Source: an uncultured Gammaproteobacteria bacterium (GTDB lineage Bacteria; Patescibacteriota; Microgenomatia; UBA10105; UBA927). Taken from it: a stretch of DNA of 64,000 nt. Under the pieces are notes generated by a model. It saw only the letters and a list, made by a program, of their open reading frames with translations, did not search any database and was not told where the DNA came from. The stretch lies in the NCBI GenBank assembly GCA_964596355.1, contig CAZQTD010000004.1:1183-65182 (forward strand), written 5' to 3'. Shown here one piece after another: positions 39,253 to 49,600 of the stretch. Position 1 is the first letter of the stretch. The number at the start of each line of letters is the position of its first letter. The position numbers and the translations under genes are program-made.

Positions 39253-39891
39253 TTACACTGCGCCTTTTCCCGATATCATCGCCCAAGGGCTTTTAAGAAG
39301 AATCACGATGTCAAGCATGAGCGACCGTTTCTTTACATAATCTGCGTCAAGCTTGATCCTCTTGTCAAAATTTACCTCGCTTCTTCCTGATACCTGCCAG
39401 TAGCCGGTAATGCCCGGCTTTGCCGACAACACCACCTTAACCAGCTCCTTTGTGTGAGGGTACTTGCGCTGCTGCTCAACCAGTTCATCAGGATAATACG
39501 GCCGAGGGCCAACAAGACTCATGTCTCCCAGAAGAACGTTGATAAACTGCGGTATTTCGTCAAGCGAATGTTTCCGGATGAATCGTCCGACTCTCGTCAC
39601 CCGCGGGTCTTCACGCAGTTTATAGCTGTTGCGCTTATACACTCCGTACAATTTCGCAAGCTTCGGATCGCTTCTCAATTTCTCGTGTGCGCGGATAACC
39701 ATGGAACGGAATTTATAGAGCTTGAAAAGTTTTCCGTGTTGCCCAACGCGTTGCGGCGTATCAGCGAGAATCGGCCCGGGACTATCAAGTTTAATGGCAA
39801 TTGCGGTAGCCAAACAGAGAGGCAAACACAGAATTCCCAAAATAATGCTTCCCACAATATCAATAAGCCGTTTAATAATAGAATAGAGCAT
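39253..39891 (-). CDS. small monotopic phosphoglycosyl transferase (bacterial sugar transferase, PglC/WbaP C-domain type)
   Basis: 212 aa. Re-entrant N-terminal helix, then KLDSPGPILADTPQRVGQHGKLFKLYKFRSM and LVGPRP. Confidence 0.85.
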   Translation of the reverse strand: MLYSIIKRLIDIVGSIILGILCLPLCLATAIAIKLDSPGPILADTPQRVGQHGKLFKLYKFRSMVIRAHEKLRSDPKLAKLYGVYKRNSYKLREDPRVTRVGRFIRKHSLDEIPQFINVLLGDMSLVGPRPYYPDELVEQQRKYPHTKELVKVVLSAKPGITGYWQVSGRSEVNFDKRIKLDADYVKKRSLMLDIVILLKSPWAMISGKGAV

Positions 39892-39899
39892 ATAAACAA

Positions 39900-40982
39900 T
39901 TACGTCAGGTGATCGTTTTCCGTGCCGCGCAATCCTTCCACAAGGTTTTTAATCTTTGCAACAGAACTCTTTTTACACACCAACACCACGTCGCTGGTAT
40001 TGACCACCAGCATATCTTCCAAATCAATGGTTGCGACTAGTTGCGTCGTATAGTTATACACAAGGGAATCCTTCGTATCTGTCAAAAGCACTTTGCCCTG
40101 CGTGACGTTTTTGTCTTCAGCTTCTTCAAGCGCTTCTTTGAGAGCCTCCCATGCGCCGATATCGCTCCATTCGATGTTCTCGGCAATAACAAGCGCGTCA
40201 GACGGATTAAGTTTCTCCAATATCGCGTTATCAAAGTTTATTTTTTCAAGTGTGGGATAGATGTCCTGCAACAAGTCGCTGAATCGCGCAGTACGCCATG
40301 CGCGAACGATACGCGACAATCCCTGATATACGTTTGGGGCGTGCCGACTGTATTGCTGCCATAAAAAAGAAGGCGTCGTCACAAAATATCCCACGTTCCA
40401 CGCATGGTGGCCGCTTTCAAAATACCGCTTGGCAGTCGCCTGATCAGGTTTATACTGAAAATCGATGAACGCGTGAAAAGAAATAGTATTTTTTTGGAAA
40501 ACTTCCCTGCCGTACTGTATCCACCCCAGATTGACACTCGCAAATCTCGGCCGTTGCGCAACGAACACGATTTTATTCTGCTCATTGGCGACAAATGCAC
40601 CGGCGGTTTTACATATTTTACGAAACAGCGCATCTTGTTTGACCAAATGATCGCTCCAGAGGATAACCATCGGTTCATGAGGAGCTTCCTGCATGAGAAT
40701 TCCGGTCATCAACCCCACAGCAGGCCCCACGTCGCGCATCTCCGGCTCGCCGATCACGTGATCGGCAGGCAAATCGACAAGCTGCTCCTGCACGGTTGCA
40801 ACATGCGCTTTCCCAGTTGCGACGTACATGTCTTTCCACGCAAAATCAGGGCGAAGCCGCATCGCGGCAAGTTGCAATGTGGATTTGTTTCCGACGATTT
40901 TTTCAAATTGTTTGGGTGACTTTTTGCGCGAAAGGGGCCACAGCCTTGTCCCCGCTCCACCGGCAAATATGACTGCTTTCAT
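39900..40982 (-). CDS. manC: mannose-1-phosphate guanylyltransferase-like sugar nucleotidyltransferase
   Basis: 360 aa. MKAVIFAGGAGTRLWPLSRKKSPKQF matches the ManC/GMP N-terminal signature. Confidence 0.75.
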   Translation of the reverse strand: MKAVIFAGGAGTRLWPLSRKKSPKQFEKIVGNKSTLQLAAMRLRPDFAWKDMYVATGKAHVATVQEQLVDLPADHVIGEPEMRDVGPAVGLMTGILMQEAPHEPMVILWSDHLVKQDALFRKICKTAGAFVANEQNKIVFVAQRPRFASVNLGWIQYGREVFQKNTISFHAFIDFQYKPDQATAKRYFESGHHAWNVGYFVTTPSFLWQQYSRHAPNVYQGLSRIVRAWRTARFSDLLQDIYPTLEKINFDNAILEKLNPSDALVIAENIEWSDIGAWEALKEALEEAEDKNVTQGKVLLTDTKDSLVYNYTTQLVATIDLEDMLVVNTSDVVLVCKKSSVAKIKNLVEGLRGTENDHLT

Positions 40983-42085
40983 GAAAATCTTTCAATTGTA
41001 GATTTCATTTCCTTTTTAAACCGATCGAGAGAAAACCGCATCGCATTGTTTCGACAGAGTGTACTATCATACCATGTATGTTCTGCCTTCTTCAACGCAT
41101 CAATAAGCGATGACACCCGCTTTTCAGGGAATAATATTCCTGTTTTCCCATCCTGAATAATTTCGGCGATACCGCTTTCTTTATACGCAATGACTGGTAT
41201 TCCGCATGCCTGCGCCTCCGCAGCTACGAGGCCGAAATCTTCCTCACCGGCAAATACCAACGCTCGACAATTTTGATAATAGTTAACAAGCTCCTCGTCT
41301 GTCAAATGACGGAAGATAAACTGCACATTCTTTTTCGCCCGCCGCATAAGCAATCTTCGCTCCAGTCCGTCGCCGATAACGACGAGAGGCCATTGTAGCG
41401 CGTTAAACGCGTCTATCACAAGATCCACTCGCTTATACCAAACAAGACGGCTAACCAATAGATAATACGCGCCGCTTTTCTTTGACCGCGCACGCCTCGG
41501 AGGAACAAATGTTTTTACATCTGCCGGCGGATAAATGACAGCGTCAACCTCCCGATGATAGTACGATTCAATGCGCTTCTTCACACGCCTGCTTATGGCA
41601 ATATAGCGATCCGGACGCGATGCTCCAATGACGTCCCACCGCTTGAGTGTCGGCAGAAGACGCCGGTAGACAGTCCTCGATAACAACGAGGGAACACCGA
41701 TGTGCGCGCGTTCATAGGAGTTGGATTCGCTCCATAAATACCGCGTCGGGGTAAGGCAATAACATACGTGAACGGTTTCAAGCTTTGTAATGATATCCTT
41801 CGCCTCCGCGCTTGTTACAGAAAGAACAACGTCGTAGGAATCGAACGAAAAGGATTCAAACGCCATGGGAGTCAGCCATGCGTACCACTCGTGACGCGAA
41901 GCGGCAAAAGGCAGCATCTGAATAAAGGAAGGGTGAACGCGAAACACACGAGCCCACGAAGCTTTCCTCCTGTCATAGACAGCAGTATAAAGCGGCGCCT
42001 TAGGCCAAATTTCGTGAAGAGCCAAAAGCACGCGTTCAGCGCCTCCGAATTTATTGACGCGATCGTATACAAACGCAATATTCAT
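40979..42085 (-). CDS. GT4 (GT-B) glycosyltransferase
   Basis: 368 aa. N-domain FGGAERV. C-domain EEDFGLVAAEAQACGIPVIA, an E-x7-E-like region. Confidence 0.8.
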   Translation of the reverse strand: MNIAFVYDRVNKFGGAERVLLALHEIWPKAPLYTAVYDRRKASWARVFRVHPSFIQMLPFAASRHEWYAWLTPMAFESFSFDSYDVVLSVTSAEAKDIITKLETVHVCYCLTPTRYLWSESNSYERAHIGVPSLLSRTVYRRLLPTLKRWDVIGASRPDRYIAISRRVKKRIESYYHREVDAVIYPPADVKTFVPPRRARSKKSGAYYLLVSRLVWYKRVDLVIDAFNALQWPLVVIGDGLERRLLMRRAKKNVQFIFRHLTDEELVNYYQNCRALVFAGEEDFGLVAAEAQACGIPVIAYKESGIAEIIQDGKTGILFPEKRVSSLIDALKKAEHTWYDSTLCRNNAMRFSLDRFKKEMKSTIERFS

Positions 42086-43191
42086 GATCGAAACACCGTT
42101 TCATAGACAGACAGCGTATCGGCCGCCATCTTGCTCCAATTGAACCTCGATATAATCGCTTGCGCGTTCATTCGCACCGCAGCTGCCGCGGGTCGTTCCT
42201 TTTCCATCGAAATGAGAGCGTCGGCAATCGCGCGTGGGTTTCTTGCATCAACGTACGTTGCAAGCCCATTAAGATGCTCGTGAAACACAGGAATATCAGA
42301 ACAAATAACCGGACACCCCAATGCCAGCGCTTCAACAGCAGGCAGTCCGAATCCCTCCGCAAGCGATACAAAAACCAGAGCAATTGCGTTTGAATACAAG
42401 GCCCGAAGCTGCGCATCAGTTGCGTGCCCAAAAATAATTACGTCGGTCGTTACATTCATCTGCGAAATAGTATCACACAGTCGTTCATAAAAATAATCGC
42501 GCGTCCCAACAATAATGAGCTTCGCCGGTTTGACGCTTTGCATCCGGTAGATGGCATAGGCTTTAAGAAGCGTATTGAGATTTTTATGCGGATACGCGTT
42601 GCCCACATAGAGAAAATAGCGTGAAGGCAATCCTGGAATCCGCCGCGGGGTTCCCACAAGCGAAGGATCAACCCCCTCCCGCGTGATCCAAATTGCGCCG
42701 GGATCAACACCAAACTCGCGGACAATATCATCTTTAACTGTTTGCGAAACAGTGAGAAGAGCGGAAGCGTGACGAATCCCATGACGCAACACGACTTCGT
42801 ACCCGAAGCGTTTGATCGCGTATAGAAACGGGTGCCGCGTGGTAGCCAATCCTGTGTTGAAGTGTCGTATCGTCAGATCGTGTATCGTCAAAATATATGA
42901 ACCTCCATAAAGAACCGGCGCGTTAAAGTAAGGTACGTGCAATACATCAAGCTTTTCGCGTCTATAGAACCACGGCATGATAAGCTGTTCAAGCGCCGTG
43001 TGCCATCGAACCGGGGCCTTTCGTTTTTCCCAACGGCTGTTAGGAACCTGAAAGGCATCAAACGCATCGGTATAAAGGAACACGACATACCGATTCTTCC
43101 TGTCTATACGAGAAAGCTCTCGGATAAGGTTTCGGATGTAGCGCCCAACGCCGCTTTGCGAAATGAGCCGTGCATCAATGCCAATTTTCAT
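42082..43191 (-). CDS. GT4 (GT-B) glycosyltransferase
   Basis: N-domain IGIDARLISQSGVGRYIRNL. C-domain EGFGLPAVEALALGCPVI. Start at MKIGIDA; the longer ORF would overlap the next gene by 73 nt. Confidence 0.8.
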   Translation of the reverse strand: MKIGIDARLISQSGVGRYIRNLIRELSRIDRKNRYVVFLYTDAFDAFQVPNSRWEKRKAPVRWHTALEQLIMPWFYRREKLDVLHVPYFNAPVLYGGSYILTIHDLTIRHFNTGLATTRHPFLYAIKRFGYEVVLRHGIRHASALLTVSQTVKDDIVREFGVDPGAIWITREGVDPSLVGTPRRIPGLPSRYFLYVGNAYPHKNLNTLLKAYAIYRMQSVKPAKLIIVGTRDYFYERLCDTISQMNVTTDVIIFGHATDAQLRALYSNAIALVFVSLAEGFGLPAVEALALGCPVICSDIPVFHEHLNGLATYVDARNPRAIADALISMEKERPAAAAVRMNAQAIISRFNWSKMAADTLSVYETVFRS

Positions 43192-43196
43192 GACCG

Positions 43197-44096
43197 TTAG
43201 AGCGACAACGTGGTCACAAGCGCAATCCGTAGCCGCAAAAGCAACAATACCATAATCCTTACAATCCAAGGGTAGGCATTGCGATAATGTTTTTCATAAA
43301 AAAGGATCATTGCCTGATAAAAATGCTTCGTCGTCTGCTTTCGAATCTTCGCATCACGACTTTCTCTGCCGCTTTGTTTTTTGTAATGGACAACCGATGC
43401 GTAAGGGTTAAACCAAACTTCCCACCCGTGCGCCTTTATTCGATACGCCCAGTCGAGATCTTCTCCGTACATAAAATACGCCTCATCTAGAAGTCCCACA
43501 TCGCGCACTGCCTCTTTTCTAACCATAAAAAACGCACCGCTTGGGCAGTCTATTGTATGCGGCACTGTCATATCTTTATATCCTTGGTGATATTGCCCGA
43601 ACAATTGTGATTGTGGGAACAATCGCTCAAGTCCCAGAAAGTACGTCAGCGCCGCCCAAGGCGTAGGAAATCCTCTGTGACACGCAAGGTCCATCCGACC
43701 GCTGGCCAAAGTTACAGCGCACGTGGCGATCCCTGCGCGCTTGTGTTCATCCATAAACGCCACCATATCGCCGATGGTGCGGGCATGAACCTTGGTATCC
43801 GAATTAAGAAGGAGAATGTAGCGACCCGTTGCCTTCTTTATCGCAAGATTGTTGCCGGCCGCAAACCCGCTGTTTCTTTCATTGACGATCAGGCGAATGC
43901 CTTCAACAAGCTTTAACGCTTCAACACTTCCGTCGGTAGATCCGTTATCCACGACAAACACTTCCCATCTACCGCCTTGCCGTTGCGCGTTCCGAAGCGA
44001 AGAAAGACAGCGCAACACGAGCTCCTTTGTATTGTGATTGAGAATAATAATGGAAACGTCAACCGTGCGTTTCATGCGCGCGCCTCCAGACGTCAT
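43197..44096 (-). CDS. GT2 (GT-A) glycosyltransferase
   Basis: 299 aa. VSIIILNHNTKELVLRCLSSL and FVVDNGSTDGS with a DxD-like region. Confidence 0.8.
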   Translation of the reverse strand: MTSGGARMKRTVDVSIIILNHNTKELVLRCLSSLRNAQRQGGRWEVFVVDNGSTDGSVEALKLVEGIRLIVNERNSGFAAGNNLAIKKATGRYILLLNSDTKVHARTIGDMVAFMDEHKRAGIATCAVTLASGRMDLACHRGFPTPWAALTYFLGLERLFPQSQLFGQYHQGYKDMTVPHTIDCPSGAFFMVRKEAVRDVGLLDEAYFMYGEDLDWAYRIKAHGWEVWFNPYASVVHYKKQSGRESRDAKIRKQTTKHFYQAMILFYEKHYRNAYPWIVRIMVLLLLRLRIALVTTLSL

Positions 44097-45249
44097 CGAG
44101 TGTTTTTGCGATCAAATCCCAAGCGAATTCTTTCTCTATTTTCTTTCTGGCTTTTTTTACAAGAACGCTAACCCATCGGGGATGTTCCAAAAGCTGTGCA
44201 CTTTGTCGTACAAAATCCGCAGAATCCTTGGCAATGAGAATTTCCTCGCCATGCTGCACATTAAGTCCCATCGCGCCAATCTTTGTGGTGACGACGGGAA
44301 TGCCGCACGCCATCGCCTCCAGTATCTTATATTTCGTTCCTCCGCCGATCCGTATCGGAGCAAGAAGAACATCGCTTGAATGGAACACGCTGGCGATATC
44401 ATCAACGTCAGTACTAAGTTTAATGTTCTTGCTGCCGGCAATCTCCCGCAGGTACTTCGGCGGCCGCTTTCCAACAATCAGAAGGTTCGCGTTTGGATAC
44501 GCGGAAATAAGAAGAGGCCAAATGTCGCGCACTATATAGCCAACGGCGTCGCGATTCTGCATCCACGCAAAATTTCCGACAAACAGAAACGTCGGCGCCT
44601 TGCCGACTTTTTTGGGTCGAAAATTAAAGTGCCGCACGTTTACCCCGTTTGGAACAACAGATACGTTGCTTCTGCCAACAACATTGTCAATACAACGCTT
44701 GTCATCGTCAGAGACTGCCGTGATGTGGGTTGCCCGCCGCCAAACGAACTGCTCCCACTGCTTCAATTTGCGAACATCCTGCACAAGGATCGGACGAAGC
44801 GGCGTGAAGGGAAAATGATTCGCGTACTGCTCATACACGGCGTGTTCTATATTGTGTTCCCCAACAACGAAAGGCGTCTGAATTGTGGGCAAAGACGGCC
44901 ACACATACCCCGGCTCGATATGAATAACATCGTACGATGTGGAGGCGATCGCCCGAGCGATCCGTTCGCGCATGCGCGCGATGTCATACGTAGCGAAAAC
45001 AAACGGGTATGGCCCGCTCATTGATCTAATAATATACTGCAGTTGCCACGCGCGCCCTCTATAGACGGTTGCAACATCGTGGCAAAATGCCAGCTGGGAC
45101 AAATATCCGAGCTCCTCTTGGTGCCGAATGAACGTATAAAGATCAATCGTATGCTTCCGGCTAAGTATTTGTAGCAGATTATATACACGAATCTGACCGC
45201 CCGAATATAGCGGATACGGCAGCACCGCCGAGACAAAAAGAATCTTCAT
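44059..45249 (-). CDS. GT4 (GT-B) glycosyltransferase
   Basis: 396 aa. MKILFVSAVLPYPLYSGGQIRVYNLL is a GT4 N-terminus. GGTKYKILEAMACGIPVV in the C-domain. Confidence 0.8.
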   Translation of the reverse strand: MKILFVSAVLPYPLYSGGQIRVYNLLQILSRKHTIDLYTFIRHQEELGYLSQLAFCHDVATVYRGRAWQLQYIIRSMSGPYPFVFATYDIARMRERIARAIASTSYDVIHIEPGYVWPSLPTIQTPFVVGEHNIEHAVYEQYANHFPFTPLRPILVQDVRKLKQWEQFVWRRATHITAVSDDDKRCIDNVVGRSNVSVVPNGVNVRHFNFRPKKVGKAPTFLFVGNFAWMQNRDAVGYIVRDIWPLLISAYPNANLLIVGKRPPKYLREIAGSKNIKLSTDVDDIASVFHSSDVLLAPIRIGGGTKYKILEAMACGIPVVTTKIGAMGLNVQHGEEILIAKDSADFVRQSAQLLEHPRWVSVLVKKARKKIEKEFAWDLIAKTLDDVWRRAHETHG

Positions 45250-46691
45250 TGCTTTTTTGTAAGATCAATGATGACGAACGTGTCGTTTTTCATAAGAACC
45301 GTGTACGTATCCATAAGCGTCATGATTTCACCATCTTTGTCTGCCGGGGCAACAGAGATATAATGAGTTGCGCCCATTCGTATTTTCTCATCGATGTCAA
45401 AACCAATCGGCCAACCCTGACGCCGCGTCTGATAAAGAAACGTCGTATCTCCGCCGTATGGAGCAATCACTTTCGCGTCTTCCGGCAACAGCGTGTCTGC
45501 GGCACGTCCGGCTTCGACAATTTCTGGCTTATTTATCCAATAATAAGTCCGCACCGTGTACCATGAAAACGTGATCATGAATGCAAAACTGATGGTCGCG
45601 GTGCCAATACAAACAAGCCGATTCCCTTTCTGCGAGTTTTTCAGAAGTGCTGCTATCCCCACACCGACAAATGAACTCACCATCGGAATGAGAAGTACTT
45701 GATAATAATCATGCTGCACGTTGCCGGACGCAAATATTATAAGGTAGGCAAGTGCGCCCGCCAGCCATAGATACAACAACGCCCTGTTTGACATGCCGGG
45801 CTTTGACACCAAACCAAACCCAAACAGGATTAATCCCCAATATCCTAAAATTAGCTCGCCGAGCCGTTTGGCAAACAACCAATAAAACCACGCGCCCTTA
45901 AACCTGATGCCGTTTCCGTTGAAAAGCCACTCATAGGCGGGAATTCCTTCAGGAAACTGCAGAATCCACCGGCGCCACCAATAAAGAGCCGATACGCAAA
46001 TCAACGAGTAAACAGCCAACAAAATACACGAACTGCGCGAAAGGCCCAATCTGCGCAAGATTAAATACGGCGCGGGCAACAGAAGAAACGCGGCAGTCGG
46101 TTTGACAAGAAGCGCAACCGCGCCGCACGCTGCGGCTACAAAAAACACGACCGTTGACGTTACGCCACGGCGGTCAAACGCAAGTAGTACGAGGCTTAAG
46201 AGCGCCCAAAATACCATGAACGTATCCGGCAATATAGCCCTGCCGTAAAAAACGCTGTACGGCAGTACCGCCATCGTGACAGCCGCCCAAACACCAACCC
46301 ACGGATCAACGACCGCGAAAAGCAGGAGTCCCAAAAGAAATACGCTTGCCGATGAAGCGAAATTATTGACAAGCCGAAGCCACACCTCAATCGGCAGCAA
46401 TCCGATGTGTCGAGCAAGAAATGCTGCAAAGACTTGATACAGCGGAAATTCCACCATGCGCCAGCCCATTGGATTGTCTTTGCCCGACTGGATATTAGAA
46501 AGATCATCGTACCGGGGTCGCAGCGGGTCAATGCCGAACTTCAGATAATTTCTGGCAACCGCCGCCGTATCCGATTGTCGCCAGCTGTGCCAATCGGCAA
46601 GGGGCGCAGTTAATCGGTACAGTCGCAAACCAAACGCCACAAGCGCGACGCTTGCGAGTATCACAATATGAATGGTGCGGTGTTTTTTCAT
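45246..46691 (-). CDS. GT-C fold polyprenyl-phosphate-sugar-dependent glycosyltransferase, ArnT/PMT (family 39/83-like)
   Basis: 481 aa, about 11 TM. First periplasmic loop HSWRQSDTAAVARNY and C-terminal soluble domain, an architecture typical of ArnT/PMT_2 proteins. Confidence 0.55.
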   Translation of the reverse strand: MKKHRTIHIVILASVALVAFGLRLYRLTAPLADWHSWRQSDTAAVARNYLKFGIDPLRPRYDDLSNIQSGKDNPMGWRMVEFPLYQVFAAFLARHIGLLPIEVWLRLVNNFASSASVFLLGLLLFAVVDPWVGVWAAVTMAVLPYSVFYGRAILPDTFMVFWALLSLVLLAFDRRGVTSTVVFFVAAACGAVALLVKPTAAFLLLPAPYLILRRLGLSRSSCILLAVYSLICVSALYWWRRWILQFPEGIPAYEWLFNGNGIRFKGAWFYWLFAKRLGELILGYWGLILFGFGLVSKPGMSNRALLYLWLAGALAYLIIFASGNVQHDYYQVLLIPMVSSFVGVGIAALLKNSQKGNRLVCIGTATISFAFMITFSWYTVRTYYWINKPEIVEAGRAADTLLPEDAKVIAPYGGDTTFLYQTRRQGWPIGFDIDEKIRMGATHYISVAPADKDGEIMTLMDTYTVLMKNDTFVIIDLTKKQ

Positions 46692-49600
46692 CTGTTTGTC
46701 CCCTCGGAACGAGTATCAACTTCAACCAACAGCCGCTTGAGCTGCAGATCTTCAAAGATAAACACTTCTCTGTTATACCTATTAAACACGTGTGGATAGC
46801 TGAATGCTTCCTTTGCGCTTGAAACTGAAATCGTCGTAAATGTAAACGGATTTAATCGAAATACGTGCCACAGCGCGTCGCCCAAACCGGTGGGAAATAT
46901 CCAAGCGCGCCCGTATCGTATCGGCGTATTCACGAATATGAATCCCCTGTGGTTTGACAGCGGAAAATATTCTTTCCGCAGCTGCAGTATCGACTGCTGT
47001 GACACCCGGCTTGCCACAGCCCAGTCATCTTTGAGGCGAAACGATTCACGGTAATTCCAATATATAACGCTGACAATGATCATCAACGCAATCACTTTTA
47101 CATGGAGCGTCTCTTTCTCCCATATACGCTCAACGACGATCCCAAGCGCGATGCACAAAAATCCGGACGGGATAAACGCGTAGCGCTCCGCCATGCCGCC
47201 TAAGCCTGCATACGCGGCCAGCGACACAATGCAAAGGAGCAGAAAGACAGCAGGCGCCCGCATTTGACCAATAAATCGCCGCATTGCTCTGGCGACAATG
47301 ACAAAGCACGCCAAAACCAACACGCCGCCGCCTGCCACCAGCTGTTTATTTGTTCTAAAAGACGCGCGAAGGAACTCCCAGTGCTCAATGACTCTTGGCC
47401 CGCCGAATATGGCGGCAAGGTACCCCGAGGTATTTGCCAGGGCGTTGACAAACAGTGTTTCAATTTTATACCCGTAATCTCCAGAGGGAACTACAGCTCC
47501 GGCGCTCGTCCGCATCAACCAGTAAAGGGGCATAAGAAGGAGGAGCCCATGGTGCCATCGTCCTTTTTGTTGATATCGAAGGAGTCCCAAGAGCCATACA
47601 AGTAAAGGAGCAACCACCATGCCATCATACGAAAGCATGGAAACAAAAAGAAGAAGCGTTGCAAGCGGCAGGATGAGGCCTCTGATGCTCCTCCCCTCCT
47701 TCCAAAGCAACTGGTGACAATAAATGCTGCCAAAAAGCGCAACGAACGCCAGCATGCTGCTTTGGCCCGATATCCAGTACACGTTTTCGTGGTGAATCGA
47801 CAGTATCGCAAAAACCGCGCTACCGAGGAGGGCAAGCGGTCGACGCACCCCTTCATTGCTGGTAATTACGTAGATGAGGATGACGGAAAGCGATAATAGT
47901 ACCAGCGACATGAAATGGTAAGGCCCGGGCTTGAGCCAAAACAGCGAATACAACACAACATACCACAGCTTTGGAATAGGCCGGTAGAAAAACCCCTGCG
48001 CGCTTGTAAACAGCGTCGGGATTTGCTGGATGTTCGTCTCTGTAGCCCATTTGAGCCACGTAAAATCATCGGCAATAAAATACCACGGTAGTATGAACGC
48101 GAATATCGCCATCACACCGATCACAAGATAAAGAATAAGGGCAATCTGGTGCGTCAGCGTGCGTTTCAAAAGCTCACAATACTCGCGTATCGTCTGACCG
48201 TGCGGTCCAAGCGAGCCCAGCGCAATTCCGAGCATGAGCCAGAAGGAAAATGCGACCTTTGACGCCTCAAATACGTCAATCAGGATCGCGTTGCACAGCA
48301 AACCGGTTAATCCAGCGTACACGCCGATGGCAAACGATCTGGGAAGCCCGGTCACAATAGCTAACTGCCGAAAGAAAAACACGTACGCGGCAATAAAGAT
48401 GCCAAGGAACGCAATCGAGCCTGCAATCCCCGTTTCTCCCAGCATCCGCAGATAATCACCGTCAGCGGCAACAGAAAGAGTGGAAAATCCACTCCCCAGA
48501 AGGACGTCGCGCCTAAACGCTGTGAACGCCTTTGGCCACTGTCCCTGAAACCTTGTGGTAAGCGATATGTCATAAACAAACGCCTTTTGGATAAGGAAAC
48601 TCCCCGACACCGTTGCGATCTCCCCCGATCCTGTCGCGAGACTGCTTGCGGTGTAGTACTCAATGGCGTTAACATTATTGCGAGGCGATGAATCCGTATG
48701 AATGCCGATAAATTCGCTTCCTTTGGGTAAATCTTCATGCGCCGGCGACTCAATCTGTTCGACGAGTGCGCGTGAACCCTCCAGCTTGTCGAGCGTGCCG
48801 ATGGGTTTACCGCTTGATAAATCGACAACAACGTTTTCGTAACGGAATGTTTTATAAAACCGTTCCGATGCCTCGCCCACAAAATTCATGATTATAAAAC
48901 TCGCGATGATGACGGGAATGATAAGCACTCGCTTTTTCTGCCACACGAGCATTGCGCTTATCGCAATAAGGTACACGCCGAACGATACGCGCGACGCTGT
49001 CAAAAGAAGAAGAACAAGACCAAAAACCGCAAGAGTAAAAAAGACAAGCTTGTGCCACACGCGCTTCATCGCAAACACCATGCTCCCGAGAATCGGAATA
49101 ACCAACACAAGGTATGCCCCCAAATCGTAGTGTCCTCCAAACGTGGAAGGAATCCGCGCAGTCGGCGGAAGCCTAAGCGGAATGCCCTTGGCGAACTCCT
49201 CATTCATGGTGAGAAACGCCGGCAGTCCCAAAAACTTTTGTCCAAACCCGTACAAAATTATGAGAAGCACCGTCACGGCAATAACCCACACGGACGCACG
49301 AAAAATTCCGCGGTTGCTTTTTACCGCGTAATACCCGAGGAAAAAAAGGATCATGTATTCAATTCGCCGAAGAAAATGAAGGATTGCAAGATGCGGATGA
49401 AAATTTACGATATGTTTGCTGGTGGCAACGATAGAGACAATAACGACGACAACTCCCACCAGCCAATACGTCACGATCGGCCACGTAAGCGGCGTTGACG
49501 GCATCGTACGCGTACGGATCAATCGAACCGCAAATCCTGCCGCAACCAACGCGACGAGAAGGTCTTCAGCGCGGATGTACACCCATGTGTGGACGATGTC

